A stretch of DNA of 64,000 nucleotides from Octopus vulgaris. Lineage: Eukaryota. Below the pieces are notes generated by a model that made no database searches, was not told where the DNA came from, and saw only the letters and a list, made by a program, of their open reading frames with translations. Positions within the stretch are counted from its first letter, which is position 1. Each line of letters begins with the position of its first letter. Positions 1 to 11,616 of this stretch are shown here, one piece after another. The translations under genes were made by a program, and so were the position numbers. The stretch is taken from the NCBI GenBank assembly GCA_951406725.2, contig OX597839.1, positions 35,836,001-35,900,000 on the forward strand, in the 5' to 3' direction.

Positions 1-1359
1 ATAAATCATAAAGATTGCATGACATTACATAAAATATTTCAAGGGTTTTTTTAAAAACAACAACCAGAAAATTTAACAAAAACATAACAACAAGAAAATT
101 TAACAAAAACATAACAACCAGAAAATTTGGCAAAAACAAAACCCATGAAAAATTTGTTGCTAATTCCTCATCAGTCAACATCCAAGAGATCTTAGTAATA
201 TATATGTATACAACAGGCTTCTTTCGGTTTCCGTCTACCAAATCCACTCACAAGGCTTTGGTTGGCCTGAGGCTATAGAGGAAGACACTTGCCCAAGGTG
301 CCACGCAGCAGGACTGAACTTGGAACCATGTGGTTGGGAAGCAAACATTTTACCACACAGCCACGTCTGCACCTGTATTAATTTCAAAAAGCATTTAAAT
401 GTAATTTCACGATAAACTGCTTGTTCACTGCGATGGCAACAATAATAATAACCACATCAACAACAACCAACAATAATAATAATCCTCTCTCCTGTAGGCA
501 GAAGGCCTGAAATTTTCGGGGAGTGGGGTAAGTCAATTACATTGATCTCAGTGTTTGACTGGTATTTAATTTATCAACCCCAAAAATACATATATGCATA
601 CATTTTTGTAGGCGCGGGCATGGCTGTGTAGTTAGGGAGCTTGCTTCCTAGCTACATGGTTTCGGGTTCAGTCCCACTGCATGGCACTTTGGGTAGGTGT
701 CTTCCACTATAGCCCTGAGCCGATCGGAGCTTTGTGATTGAATTCGGTAGGTGGAAGTTACTGCCGTGTGCGTATAGCTGCTCAGTGCCTCTCCGAAAGA
801 GAGAGAGAGAGAGGGAAAAGGATGAAATGCAAAGTTGACCTCAATGAAATTTGAACTCAGAGCCTAAAGACAGACAAGATGCTGCTAAACATTTTGCCCG
901 GCATGGTAACGATTCTGCCAACTCGTTGCCTTAACAACAATAATAATAATAATGATGTTTGTTTTAATGTCTGTGATCACCTGGATTAGCTGGATTCTGT
1001 TGAGGCAGAATTTCTATGGCTGGATGCTCTTCCTGTTGCTAACTCTCACTTATTTCCAAACAAGATGACATTTCCCGATGGCCCAGACATGTTTTCCATG
1101 GCAGATGGGGGACAACACTCATTTACTACGATCACACAACGTGAAGACAAGAGAAGAGACACACACACACACACATGCCCTCTGTATGTATGCATGAGAA
1201 ACACTGCAGTCCTGATGATTTAGATTAAGATATTAATTTCTGGTTTTAATTAGATTTTATCCAGAATGTCATTGTTGTTTTAAATACTTGCATTGATTTA
1301 CATTTCTTTTTTTTTCTTTGTAATTGCAACCATTAAATGTTTCTGAACATTTTACACAG

Positions 1360-1411
1360 GGTTGAAGTTGTGGAGGTTGTACAAGCTGATGGCACCGTGG
1401 TAAAATATCCA
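1360..1411 (+). CDS. FARSB: Phenylalanyl-tRNA synthetase beta subunit, internal exon (VEVVEVVQADGTVVKYP); upstream exons not found in the window
   Basis: tttacacag acceptor and gtaagt donor; 52 nt; phase joins the next exon; peptide resembles the metazoan FARSB VEVVxxDGxxxxxP segment. Confidence 0.88.
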
Positions 1412-1430
1412 GTAAGTATTATGATACATA

Positions 1431-1464
<34 letters not shown>

Positions 1465-2219
1465 TGCCTGACTGGCCCTCATGCTGGTGGCACGTAAAAG
1501 CACTCACTACATTTTCAGAGTGGTTGGCATTAGGAAGGGCATCCAGCTGTAGAAACTCTGCCAGGTCAGATTGGAGCCTGGTGCGGCCATCTGGTTTGCC
1601 AGTCCTCAGTCAAATCGTCCAACCCATGCTAGCATGGAAAGCAGACGTTAAATGAGTAGTAGTAGTAGGAGGAGGAGGATGGGTATCATTTGATTACCCT
1701 TTTTTTTTTTTTTTTTTTTTTTGCAAATATTCTATCATTTTTAACATTTCTCAAAATATCACCATCATCATTTAACATCCATCTTTTATACTGGAATGAG
1801 TAAGATAGTTCAGCAGGATCCAATGAACTGGAGGACTGCATTCACCTCCAATGTCTGCTATGGCATGCTGTCGATGACTGAAACACCCACAGAGTGTAAA
1901 CAGCTGCTTTTTCTTGTGGCACTGCACCAGTGTGGCCACCAAGTAATTTGCAAAACAAAAACAATTCCTTAACCGAGCAGACCATCCCAAAGATAACCTC
2001 TTTTAATTTTGGAGACTGGGTACAGACTGTATAAAAAGGGAAACTCTGATAGCCGTGCTTTATTGTAGAACGTAACCCGTTAGCATTTAAACTAGCCAAG
2101 GTCAATGATGCCTTCGGGTTTGTGGTCGTACCAATTATTATTATTATTATTATTATTATCATTATTATTATCCATTTGAAGAAAACACCTATCAATACAC
2201 ATAACTTCTATTCCACCAG

Positions 2220-2281
2220 GACCTTGCATATCGTAAAGAAGTTATTAGTGCAAAAACAATTAATTCTAAAGTTGGAATCAG
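2220..2281 (+). CDS. FARSB: FARSB exon (DLAYRKEVISAKTINSKVGI)
   Basis: ttccaccag acceptor, gtaagt donor; resembles FARSB ELAYRKE..INKKVGI. Confidence 0.93.
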
Positions 2282-3082
2282 GTAAGTTTTTCTTGTTTTT
2301 TCTTTTCTGATTCGTTTCATTTAACATCCCTTTCTTTCCATGCTAGAATGACTTAGACAGGAGGCAATTGAGGCAGGATTTTCAACAGCCAGATGCATTT
2401 TTGTTACTAAGCCTTGTATTTCAAGTAAGGGAATTTTTAGTCCAAGGAATTCAAAAGTACAGAGCTACTGGACAATTTGTTGACAAGATGTGTCAGCAGA
2501 TGCCAGTTTGTAGCCATAAACACTCACCCAGATACACACACACACACACACACATCCATGCATATGTGTACAATGGGCTTCTTTCAGTTTCTTCTTGTCC
2601 AGTTTCAGACATTGCTGCAGCAATACATCAGCACAAATTTACCGATACACACACTTGTATGCATGTGTGTGTGTGTTTGTGTGCAGATTGGTATACTAAA
2701 GAATAGGTCAAACGTTTCCTCTGCGTCTCATAAAGGGCAACTAAAAGAAGTTGAGGTAGGATTTGCACTCTGACCTTATAAAACCCTCTCCAGCAACGAC
2801 TACCCAAACAGACCCATGGGTTGAAGGGTTGTCGCCTGAGCGGTGCAGAGACATCATCCACCAAGAGTAAAAAAATCACCAACAAATGGTGGATGCACTG
2901 TTACAGTGCATGGCCCCATATTACTGCTGCTGCTGTGTGTGTGTGATTAAGGAGCTTGCTTCTTAACCACATTGTTTTGTTCCACTCTGTTGCAACTTGG
3001 TCAAGTGCACTCTACTGTTGCCCTGGGCTAACCAAAGCTTTGTGAGCAGATACGGTGTATGGAAACTAATAGAAGAGCAATA

Positions 3083-3478
3083 CTCTTTTACTTGTTTCAG
3101 TCATTTGACTGCGGCCATGCTGGAGCACCACCTTTAATCGAGCAACTCGACCCCAGGACTTATTCTTTTGTAAGCCCAGTACTTATTCTATCGGTCTCAT
3201 TTCCCGAACCGCTAAGTAACGGGGACATAAACACACCAGCATCGGTTGTCAAGCAATGTTAGGAGGACAAACACAGACACACAAACACATACACGCATAT
3301 ATATACATATACATATATACGACGGGCTTCTTTCAGTTTCCGTCTACCAAGTCCACTCACAAGGCTTTGGTTGGCCCGAGGCTATAGTAGAAGACACTTG
3401 CCCAAAGTGCCATGCAGTGGGACTGAACCCGGAACCATGTGGTTGGTAAACAAGCTACTTACCACACAACCACTCCAG
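3083..3478 (-). mobile_element. Full-length abundant tRNA-derived SINE (GGAGTGGCTGTGTGGTAAG family) with internal microsatellite
   Basis: A-box-like TGG(C/T)TGTGTGG, B-box-like GGTTCAGTCCC, CORE-like CTTGGGCAAGTGTCTT. Further copies at ~215-372, 610-760, 4240-4645, 10787-11195, 18490-18680, 34688-34830, 56365-56470, 62490-62795. Confidence 0.85.
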
Positions 3479-3850
3479 CATTGTATATGATTATACGTAC
3501 ATGCATGCCTTGCATCTAGGTTAGAAACCAGCTCTTTCTCTGTTGGCCAGAAATTTTGAAATAAAACTGAATAATGACACATACATACATATCTGTGTTA
3601 ACGTCACACGATGGTTGTAAATGAGTCCCACTGTCATACAAGTGGTGTCGTTTCATTTTCAATCTTCCATCAAAACATGTCTGGCCATGGTGAAATATTA
3701 CTTTATTTTTGAAGCAAGTGAAAACTGGCAACAGCAAGGTATCCAGCCCATTGAAAATCTGCTTCAACAAACGTCTGAAGCATATGAGCATAGGAAAAAA
3801 AAGTGAATGTTGAATTGATGATGACGATGACGTTGGCTTTCTATTTTCAG

Positions 3851-3954
3851 TGAAGACCCAGCAAATATTGCCAGTCTTTTGACGAAGATGTGCCTGAAGA
3901 GTCAATTAATTGATGAGGACCAAATTGAAATTGATATTCCACCCACAAGAACTG
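3851..3954 (+). CDS. FARSB: FARSB exon ([34 protein letters not shown]), B5 domain
   Basis: attttcag acceptor; IPPTR motif; donor GTATCCTTT. Confidence 0.95.
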
Positions 3955-4428
3955 GTATCCTTTATAAAAAAACACAATGAACAAAAAGACTGGAGTTATG
4001 AAATAGTGTAGAATATGTGTATATTATAGAAACATAAAGTACAGTCTGTGTGATATAATGCAGGTGATGGACAGGGCTGTTAAGTGTCTACTTCCTCACT
4101 ACTCTGATAAATGTGTCATTTTAAATTTCAATGGATTTTAGTATCAGATATCTTTTTAGCATCAAGAGTCAGTCATCATTAGTATAGAACATTTTCAAGA
4201 GAGACTGTAATATTTATCTTTTTGTGTGTATGTATATATACTCTTTTACTTGTTTCAGTCATTTGACTGGAGCACCGCCTTTAGTCGAGCAAATCGACCT
4301 CAGAACTTATTCTTTGTAAGCCTAGTATTTATTCTATCATTCTCTTTTGCTGAACCGCTGAGTTACGGGGGCGTAAACACACCAGCATCAGTTGTCGAGC
4401 GATGTTGGGGGGACAAACACAAATACAT

Positions 4429-4477
<49 letters not shown>

Positions 4478-5854
4478 TACGATGGGCTTCTTTCAGTTTC
4501 CATCTACCAAGTCCACTCACAAGGCTTTGGTGAGCCCTAGGCTATACTAGAAGACACTTGCCCAAGGTGCCACGCAGTGGGACTGAACCCGGAACCATGT
4601 GGTTCGTAAGCAAGCTACTTGCCACACAGCCACTCCTACACCTATATGTATATAGATGTTAAATAGATTTCCCATTGTTGGAAAAGGCTCCTGTTACTTT
4701 TGACAAATCCATGGGGTAGGCAGCTCTTCTCAGAAAAAGAAACTCTGATGTAAAACTTGCAGTCAAAACAGTGCTAGTTACCTTGCAGTGATAGTTACTG
4801 GAACTTATCTACTATGGTGACCGAGAAAGTAGCAAAAACTGCTTTTGTCCCTTAAATCCAATGAGGTACAGACGTCTCACTGTCATAATAAGAGATAGCT
4901 ATCATCTGTGACAAGATGAGACAATCATCATATGTTATGTATATATTACATTCCTTTTTCACATCCATTTTTCCATGTTTGTATAGGTTAGACATTTAAT
5001 TTCATTTTGAAACAAATGAAATTTAAATGTTGAAGTGAAACTAATGGTTTTTGTGTGCTTTTAAGTGGATTACAAAGATCTTCCACGCTGCAATTGTTTT
5101 TATAAATATACACATGCACGTACAACTAGCATCTTTCATTTTCTGCCTACTAAATCCATGTAACAGGATCTGGAATCGGTATCACTGAAGGGGTGTCCGA
5201 TCTGATCCCATCACATTCAATCTAGTTGGATATAACAGACGAGGTCAGGTTATCTGGGAAAGACAGCAAATGTTGTTTATTACTCGTGATGGTGTGCGTA
5301 TTTTCTGAGGGGAAACGACAGCCGAATCTTTGTACTGCTTCTTGTTGGTTGATTGAAGTGATTCGATGTGGTCCGTTGCTAAGCCGTTGTAGAGTTCTCA
5401 GAGACTACCAAATGCACGTCTGTTCACGAGGGCTGAAAGCGCCAGAGAGAGTGAATGAGTGGTCTGTGCCTTAGGGGTCAGTTTCCCGCACATGCGCATG
5501 GGGAAGACTTCCGGTGGCCACCCGGAAGTAGTCCCATTCTGCGCATGCGCGCTGAACCTTACACAGCAGCATCACTACATCCACTTCGCAAGACTTTGGT
5601 ATGCCCAAGGTGCCACATTGAAGAACAGAACCCGAAATCACAAGGTTGGGAAGCAAACTTCTTAACCACACAGCCATGCCTGCAACAGCATAACCTAATA
5701 TACACAGATTAAAGATTAACAATAAATACTTTCAGTATTTAAGTTTCAGCAGGGAATAATGAAAGCTGATTGGTTGAATAATATCAACCAATCAGAAAAG
5801 GACAATATATTGTAGCAGTTCCAATATGCGTCATTGTTCCTTAACATTGCTCAG
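3955..5854 (+). other. U12-type (minor spliceosome) GT-AG intron of FARSB
   Basis: 5' splice site GTATCCTTT (3955-3963); branch site TTCCTTAAC (5837-5845) ending 9 nt before the intron end; no polypyrimidine tract; splicing restores PTRT-DIIHACD. Confidence 0.9.
5159..5579 (-). mobile_element. Solo LTR (421 bp, Gypsy-like) inserted into a SINE inside the U12 intron
   Basis: TGTAAC...ACTACA termini; 4-bp TSD TCCA (5155-5158 / 5580-5583); AATAAA on - strand at 5276-5281; splits a SINE whose halves rejoin across it. Confidence 0.8.
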
Positions 5855-5955
5855 ATATAATCCATGCCTGTGATATCATCGAGGATGTTGCCATTGCATA
5901 CGGCTATGATAACATTTCATACACTTTTCCACAAACCTACGCAACAGCCACACAA
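5855..5955 (+). CDS. FARSB: FARSB exon ([34 protein letters not shown])
   Basis: Conserved [18 protein letters not shown] motif; gtaagt donor. Confidence 0.96.
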
Positions 5956-6677
5956 GTAAGTATAATAACCAAATAAATCTACTATTTTTAAATTTTTATA
6001 AGACAAGGCAAGCATTATCTTTCTTCGTCTTTCTTATGATGGTTTTTTTTTAAAATTTTATTTCTGTTGGCCGAGTATTCCTAAATTACAGCAACATTCA
6101 TCCTAAAACAGGACTGCCATGTCATGTTGGCAAACAATCTTTACTCCAAAGTATTGTTGCCGAATATCTCTTGTTATGAGATTTACAAATAGTAATTTTC
6201 TTAAATGGAAAATCCAGCACCATCCGTTCGTGTCCGTTGCCAGCCTCGCCTGGCCCCCGTGCCGGTGGCACGCTGAATATCCCCGAGAACACGTTAAGGG
6301 TACACGTGTCTGTGGAGTGCTCAGCCACTTACATGTTAATTTCACGAGCAGGCTGCTCCGTTGATTCGGGTCAACCGGAACCCCGTCGTAACCGACGGAG
6401 TGCTTCCATTCCATTCCATTCCATTCCTAAATTACAGCAACATTCATCCTAAACCAGGACTGCCATATCATGTTGGCAAACAATCTTTACTCCAAAGTAT
6501 TGTTGCTGAATATCTCTTGTTGTGAGATTTACAAATAGTAATTTTCTTAAATGGAAAATGATATAATTGATTAAAGTTCATTCTTTGTATGAAAAAAATG
6601 ACTTATTTCACACTAAAAAACCCAAAATTACTTCCTTGCCAACCCAATTAACTATTGGTCCACCTTTTTATTTTCAG

Positions 6678-6758
6678 GTTCCTATGAATCAATTAGGTGA
6701 TCTATTGAGGGTCAACATTGCAGCTGCTGGTTTCTCTGAGGTCCTTACTTTTGCATTG
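6678..6758 (+). CDS. FARSB: FARSB exon (VPMNQLGDLLRVNIAAAGFSEVLTFAL)
   Basis: ttttcag acceptor, gtgagc donor; AAAGFxExLTFAL motif. Confidence 0.95.
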
Positions 6759-7066
6759 GTGAGCTTGACCTTTTTATTGTTCAATGTATTTAATGTTGTG
6801 CATGCTTACATGAGTACACAAGTCTGATGAGGTTGTAGCATTCATGCCTTTCCTCATACAAAACCGGAAATGGAATTGAGAACAACTTGCAAATTTAGGA
6901 ACTCAGTGCAAAGTATTTGCATGTGTGTGTGAATACATTACTTATAGAAGTGTGTATTTATATGTGTATATGTTTGTGTGTATACACTCACTGGTTCGAT
7001 TTCCGTTCATTTGCCTTCTTTTTTTCTAAAATTTTCGTTGCTTCTTGCAACCTCTTCAATATATAT

Positions 7067-7293
7067 ACCATCCGATCGTGGCCATTTGCCAGCCTCGTCT
7101 GGCACCTGTGCCGGTGGCACGTAAAAAGCACCCACTACACTCACAGAGTGGTTGGCATTACGAAGGGTATCCAGCTGTAGAAACACTGCCAGATCAGACT
7201 GGAGCCTGGTGCAGCCTTCTGGCTTCCCAGACCCCAGTTGAACCGTCCAACCCATGTCAGCATGGAAAACGGACGTTAAACGATGATGATGAT
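7067..7293 (+). mobile_element. Retroposon 3' module ending GGACGTTAAAC(GAT)n; copies at ~1464-1655, 10195-10415, 12250-12480, 13990-14230, 43209-43383, 60340-60570, 31495-31640 (-)
   Basis: Shared CACCCACTACAC..GGTTGGCATTAGGAAGGGCATCCAGCTGTAGAAAC..CCCATGCTAGCATGG core and (GAT)n tail; variable 5' truncation. Confidence 0.8.
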
Positions 7294-7653
7294 ATATTAA
7301 AACATAGACTTAAAGTTTGGTCACAGAGTGACCAATGGTTTTGTATCCATGAAAGCTACAGCCTTGTGGACAACTCATCAGACTTCATACTGGGATGATT
7401 ACAGCGCAGTCCATAGTATCCGTGGATCTACAACAGAGGGATACCACCTCCAAAAACTGGTTCACCAGTCAGCATCATCGGAATGTGGTTGGCATAATAG
7501 AATAGGAGCTTTATTTGCATATTCAAAACATTTCCCATTTTATATATATATAGTTAATCCAAACATGAAAACACTAAGAGAAAACACAACAATGCGAGGA
7601 CATGGAACAAATATAGTATTATTGGATGCTCAGGAAGGAAGGGAAGAAGGAGG

Positions 7654-7688
7654 GTTTTACATTTCGAGCGGAGCTCTTCGTCAGAAAC
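7654..7688 (-). ncRNA. Minimal type I hammerhead-like motif in a dispersed ~210-bp repeat
   Basis: Minus strand: GTTT-CTGACGA-A-GAGC-TCC-GCTC-GAAA-TGT-A-AAAC; core-variant copies at ~9015-9049, 59949-59983, 60662-60696. Confidence 0.55.
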
Positions 7689-8839
7689 ATAGGAAAAGGA
7701 AAGATCCAGAGAAGGAAGATGGAGGGGAAAAAATCGCCAACGGTACACACGCGGTCACATTTTGAATGACCAGAAGGAAATGGGTGAAAAGTTCTTTCAA
7801 AGACAGGAGAGTGCAAGAGGAGGTGTGTGTGTGTAAGTGTGGATATGTGCGTGCACGAATGTCTGCGTGTGTGTGTGTGTGGCTGTAAATCTATGTGTGT
7901 TGTTGGGTTTAGTATTGTTTAAGGTCAAGGAATTAGGAGTGGCTCTTGTGTCTACCCATGGTCAGTGAGAGGTACTGCTAGTTTGAAGTATGTGTGTGTG
8001 TGTGTGTTTTGTTTGTAGTGTATGTGTGTGTTCGTGTGTGTATGCGTAGTTTGTGTGTGTTGCAAATAACTATGCTTTACTTTGTGTATGTGTGCGTGTA
8101 CGTGCATATGTGTGTCCACATGTATGTATAATTGTGGGATGTATGTGTGGGTTCATTTGTGTGTGTGTGTGTGTATGTGCGTGCGTGTTGTATGTGCCTG
8201 TAGTTGTGTGTGGGTGTATATATGTGTATCCATGGGGTTGTGAGTGTTGGGTGTGTGCATGCATGTGTATGTCTGTGTCTATATGTGTCTATATGTGTGT
8301 ATGTATATGTATAGGTTTGTATGTGAATTTGTGTATGTGGGTTTTGGAGTTGTGTAGGCGTAATGTGCATGCGTGTGTGTGCTTACGTGCATGTATGTGC
8401 GTATCTGTACCCATGTGCGTATCTGTATGAATATTGTTTGTTGGAGGTATATGTGGGCATCTGTGCTATATATATAATAGTAGGGAATATAATTCCAAAG
8501 CTTACAGGAAAAAATTCAATTTAGCATTTTTAAACCAAATTTCACAATATATGATACATGTATATGATTTAGAGAGAAAAAAACCTCTATTAAACAATTC
8601 AAGAATGAAAGATGTTATTCACGCCATATAGAAAACAGATACTATAAAAAAAAAACCTTATTATAAAAATCAATAAAGTACAATAAATAGTAAACAGTAG
8701 TAAAAAGACTACACGCATTTATTTATTGTACTTCATTGATTTTTAGAATAAGGTTTTCTTTATAGTATCTGTTTTCTATATGGCGTGAACAACATATTTC
8801 TTTATTGAATTGTTTAATACAGGTTTTTCTCTAAATTAT

Positions 8840-8874
<35 letters not shown>

Positions 8875-9168
8875 CACACGCACACTATAAATATATATAC
8901 ATATATATATATACACACTATAAATATATATACATATATAAATGTGACCGTGTGTGTACCGTTGGCGATTTTTTTCCCTCTGTCTTCCCTTCTCTGGATC
9001 TTTCCTTCTTCTATGTTTCCGACAAAGAGCTCCGCTCGAAACGTTAAACCCTCCTTCTCTCCTGAGTGTTCAATAATACTATATTTGTTCCACGTCCTTG
9101 CGTTGTTGTGTTTTTTTATGCTTTCATGTTTGGATTAACTTTATATACATACACTATATATATATATA

Positions 9169-9419
9169 TTGGGTTGGTGCATAATCATTGCGGCTTTTTT
9201 TCAACAAATTCTATTGAGCAAAACAATAACAATATTTAAGAAAAACATCTTTAAATGACGGTTTGACCGTCTGCCAAGCAGATGGGAAGCAGTAATTGAA
9301 GTAGATGGTGAATATCCTCCAGAATAATAATTGAAAGATGTTTTTGTTAAATGTCGTTATTGTTTTTGTTAAATAAAATTTGTTGAAAAAAAAGCCGCAA
9401 TAATTATGCACCAATCCAA
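9169..9419 (+). mobile_element. Mariner deletion derivative (MITE)
   Basis: TIR TTGGGTTGGTGCATAAT..GCGGC with TA flanks; internal transposase C-terminus RLPSRWEAVIEVDGEYPPE*. Confidence 0.85.
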
Positions 9420-9425
9420 TATATA

Positions 9426-9458
<33 letters not shown>

Positions 9459-9522
9459 GTAGTAAAATAGTAAATGGATATTAATTATTGTTTCATAATG
9501 CTTTTGTTATATTTTGGTGTAG

Positions 9523-9615
9523 TGTTCAAGAGAGGACATTGCTGATAAACTTCGACTTGATATCAATGACATAAAACCTGTACACATTTCCAACCCTAAA
9601 ACAGCAGAATTCCAG
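9523..9615 (+). CDS. FARSB: FARSB exon ([31 protein letters not shown])
   Basis: ggtgtag acceptor, gtaagt donor; [11 protein letters not shown] motif. Confidence 0.96.
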
Positions 9616-9627
9616 GTAAGTCTATAC

Positions 9628-9957
9628 CAGCGGTTCTCAACCATTTTTATCCATGGACCCCTTTTGGTCATTATTTTATTCTGGTGGACCCCCATAGCTA
9701 TTCAATGTTTAAAAACTAGTTTTATAGAAACTTCTTTCAAAATTCCTTTTTTCCTTTTCCCACATATTAACTTGTGTGGGTTAAACTATGTAAAATGTTA
9801 GAGAAAGAAGCCTAGCTGTTTCTAGCAATGCATACCAATACATACACCTAAAGGAAAATCTTTTCTGGGGCCCTTAAAATACCATTGTGGATCCCTAATT
9901 CACTATTTTGTTGTGTGCACCCCCAAAATCTTATATGGACCCCATTGAGAACCTCTG
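9628..9957. mobile_element. hAT-type MITE just downstream of a FARSB donor site; related element at ~36511-36935
   Basis: CAGCGGTTCTCAA...TTGAGAACCTCTG termini; degenerate 8-bp TSD GTCTATAC/ATCTATGC. Confidence 0.7.
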
Positions 9958-11498
9958 ATCTATGCTACACACCGTTTGCATACCACTCCACTCAGTGTCA
10001 TACAGCCACCCCATACCACCCCAATTAATGGTCCTTTCTCTTAATGCTGCTCTAGCCGTGTACCCTATTCTGAGTAGAATATCAACCAATCAGAAAAGGT
10101 ATTTTGCTCCTCGTCACTCGGTGCCCTCCATTTTTCTACCTGCAATATGCTTATTCTGCTTCTCTACAGATAATCTATATTTCAAGAAAACATTGCGTTC
10201 GCCAGCCTCGTCTGGCACCTGTGTCGGTGGCACATAAAATCACCCACTACACTCTCGGAGTGGTTGGCGTTAGGAAGGGCATCCAGCTGTAGAAACACTG
10301 CCAGATCTGACTGGCCTGGTGCAGCCTTCGGGCTTCCCAGAGCCCAGTTGAACTGTCCAACCCATGCTAGCATGGAAAACGGACGTTAAACGATGATGAT
10401 GATGATGATGATGATAGAGTGCAATCATGGCTGTGCGGTTAAGAAGGTTCCCAACTGCACAGTTTCAGGTTCACTTCCACCGAGTGTCACCTTGGGCTGG
10501 CCAAAGCCTTGTGAGTGAATTTGGTAGAAGGAAACTGAAAGAATCCCAGTGTGTGTGTGTGTGATATTGTCGTGCAAGCAGTGTCATTTGTTTTCAGTCT
10601 TCCTCGAAAATATGTCCAACCGAGGGGAAACATCCACCTTGCATGGAAACATGTGAAGGTTGCAACAGAAAGGGTATCCAGCTGTAAAACAAAGCCCCGA
10701 AAATATATTCCTGTAACCCATGCCAGCATGGGAAAATGGACATAAAGAAATATGGTAAATATTTTGTAGGTGTGTGTGTGTGTGTGTGGCTGTGTGGTTA
10801 AGAAGCTTGCTTCCCAACCATGTGGTCTCCGGTTCAGTCTTATTGTGTGGCACCCTGGACAAGTGTCTTCCACTATAATCCTTGGCTGACCAAAGTTTTG
10901 TGAGTGGATTTGGTAGGCAGAAAGTGAAAGAAGCCGGTCATATATATATGTATATCTATGAGTGTGTGTGTGTGTGGGGGGGTGTCTTTGTGTCTCTGTG
11001 TGCCCACCACTGCTTTGCAACCGGTGTTTGTTTACATCCCTGTAACTTAGTGGTTCAGCAAAAGAGATTGATAGAATAAGTACCAGACATCACAAAAAAT
11101 AGTAAGTGCTGAGATCAATTCCGTCGATTGAAATTCCTCAAGGCAGTGCCCCAGCATGGCCAGTCTAATAACTGAAACAAGCAAAAGATGAAAAGGGTGT
11201 GTGTGTGTGTCTTTGCGTTGTGTTTGTGCCTCATCGCAGCTTGACAACCTATGTTGGTTTGTTAACATTCCTGCAGTTTAGTAGTCCGGCCAAAGAGGCT
11301 GATAGATCTGTTTGTTTGTCTGAATCCTTCAGGGCAATGCCCCACCATGGCTGCTGTCCAATGATTGAAACAAGTAAATGATAAAACGTTAGATTTATAA
11401 ATAAATTTTCTATGCTCATTCGTATTTCATCATATTGACATAACGAACCACAGTCTGTCTCGAAATAATAACCTAAATTTATGTGTTTTCTTTTGAAG

Positions 11499-11616
11499 GT
11501 TGCTCGTACAATGCTCCTACCTGGTTTGTTGAAAACCTTGTCCAACAACAAGAATATGCCTCTTCCATTAAAGCTGTTTGAGATCTCCGATGTTGTTTTA
11601 CAGGACCCCAGCAGAG
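11499..11616 (+). CDS. FARSB: FARSB exon ([39 protein letters not shown])
   Basis: ttttgaag acceptor, gtgagt donor; LLPGLLKT and [11 protein letters not shown] motifs. Confidence 0.96.
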
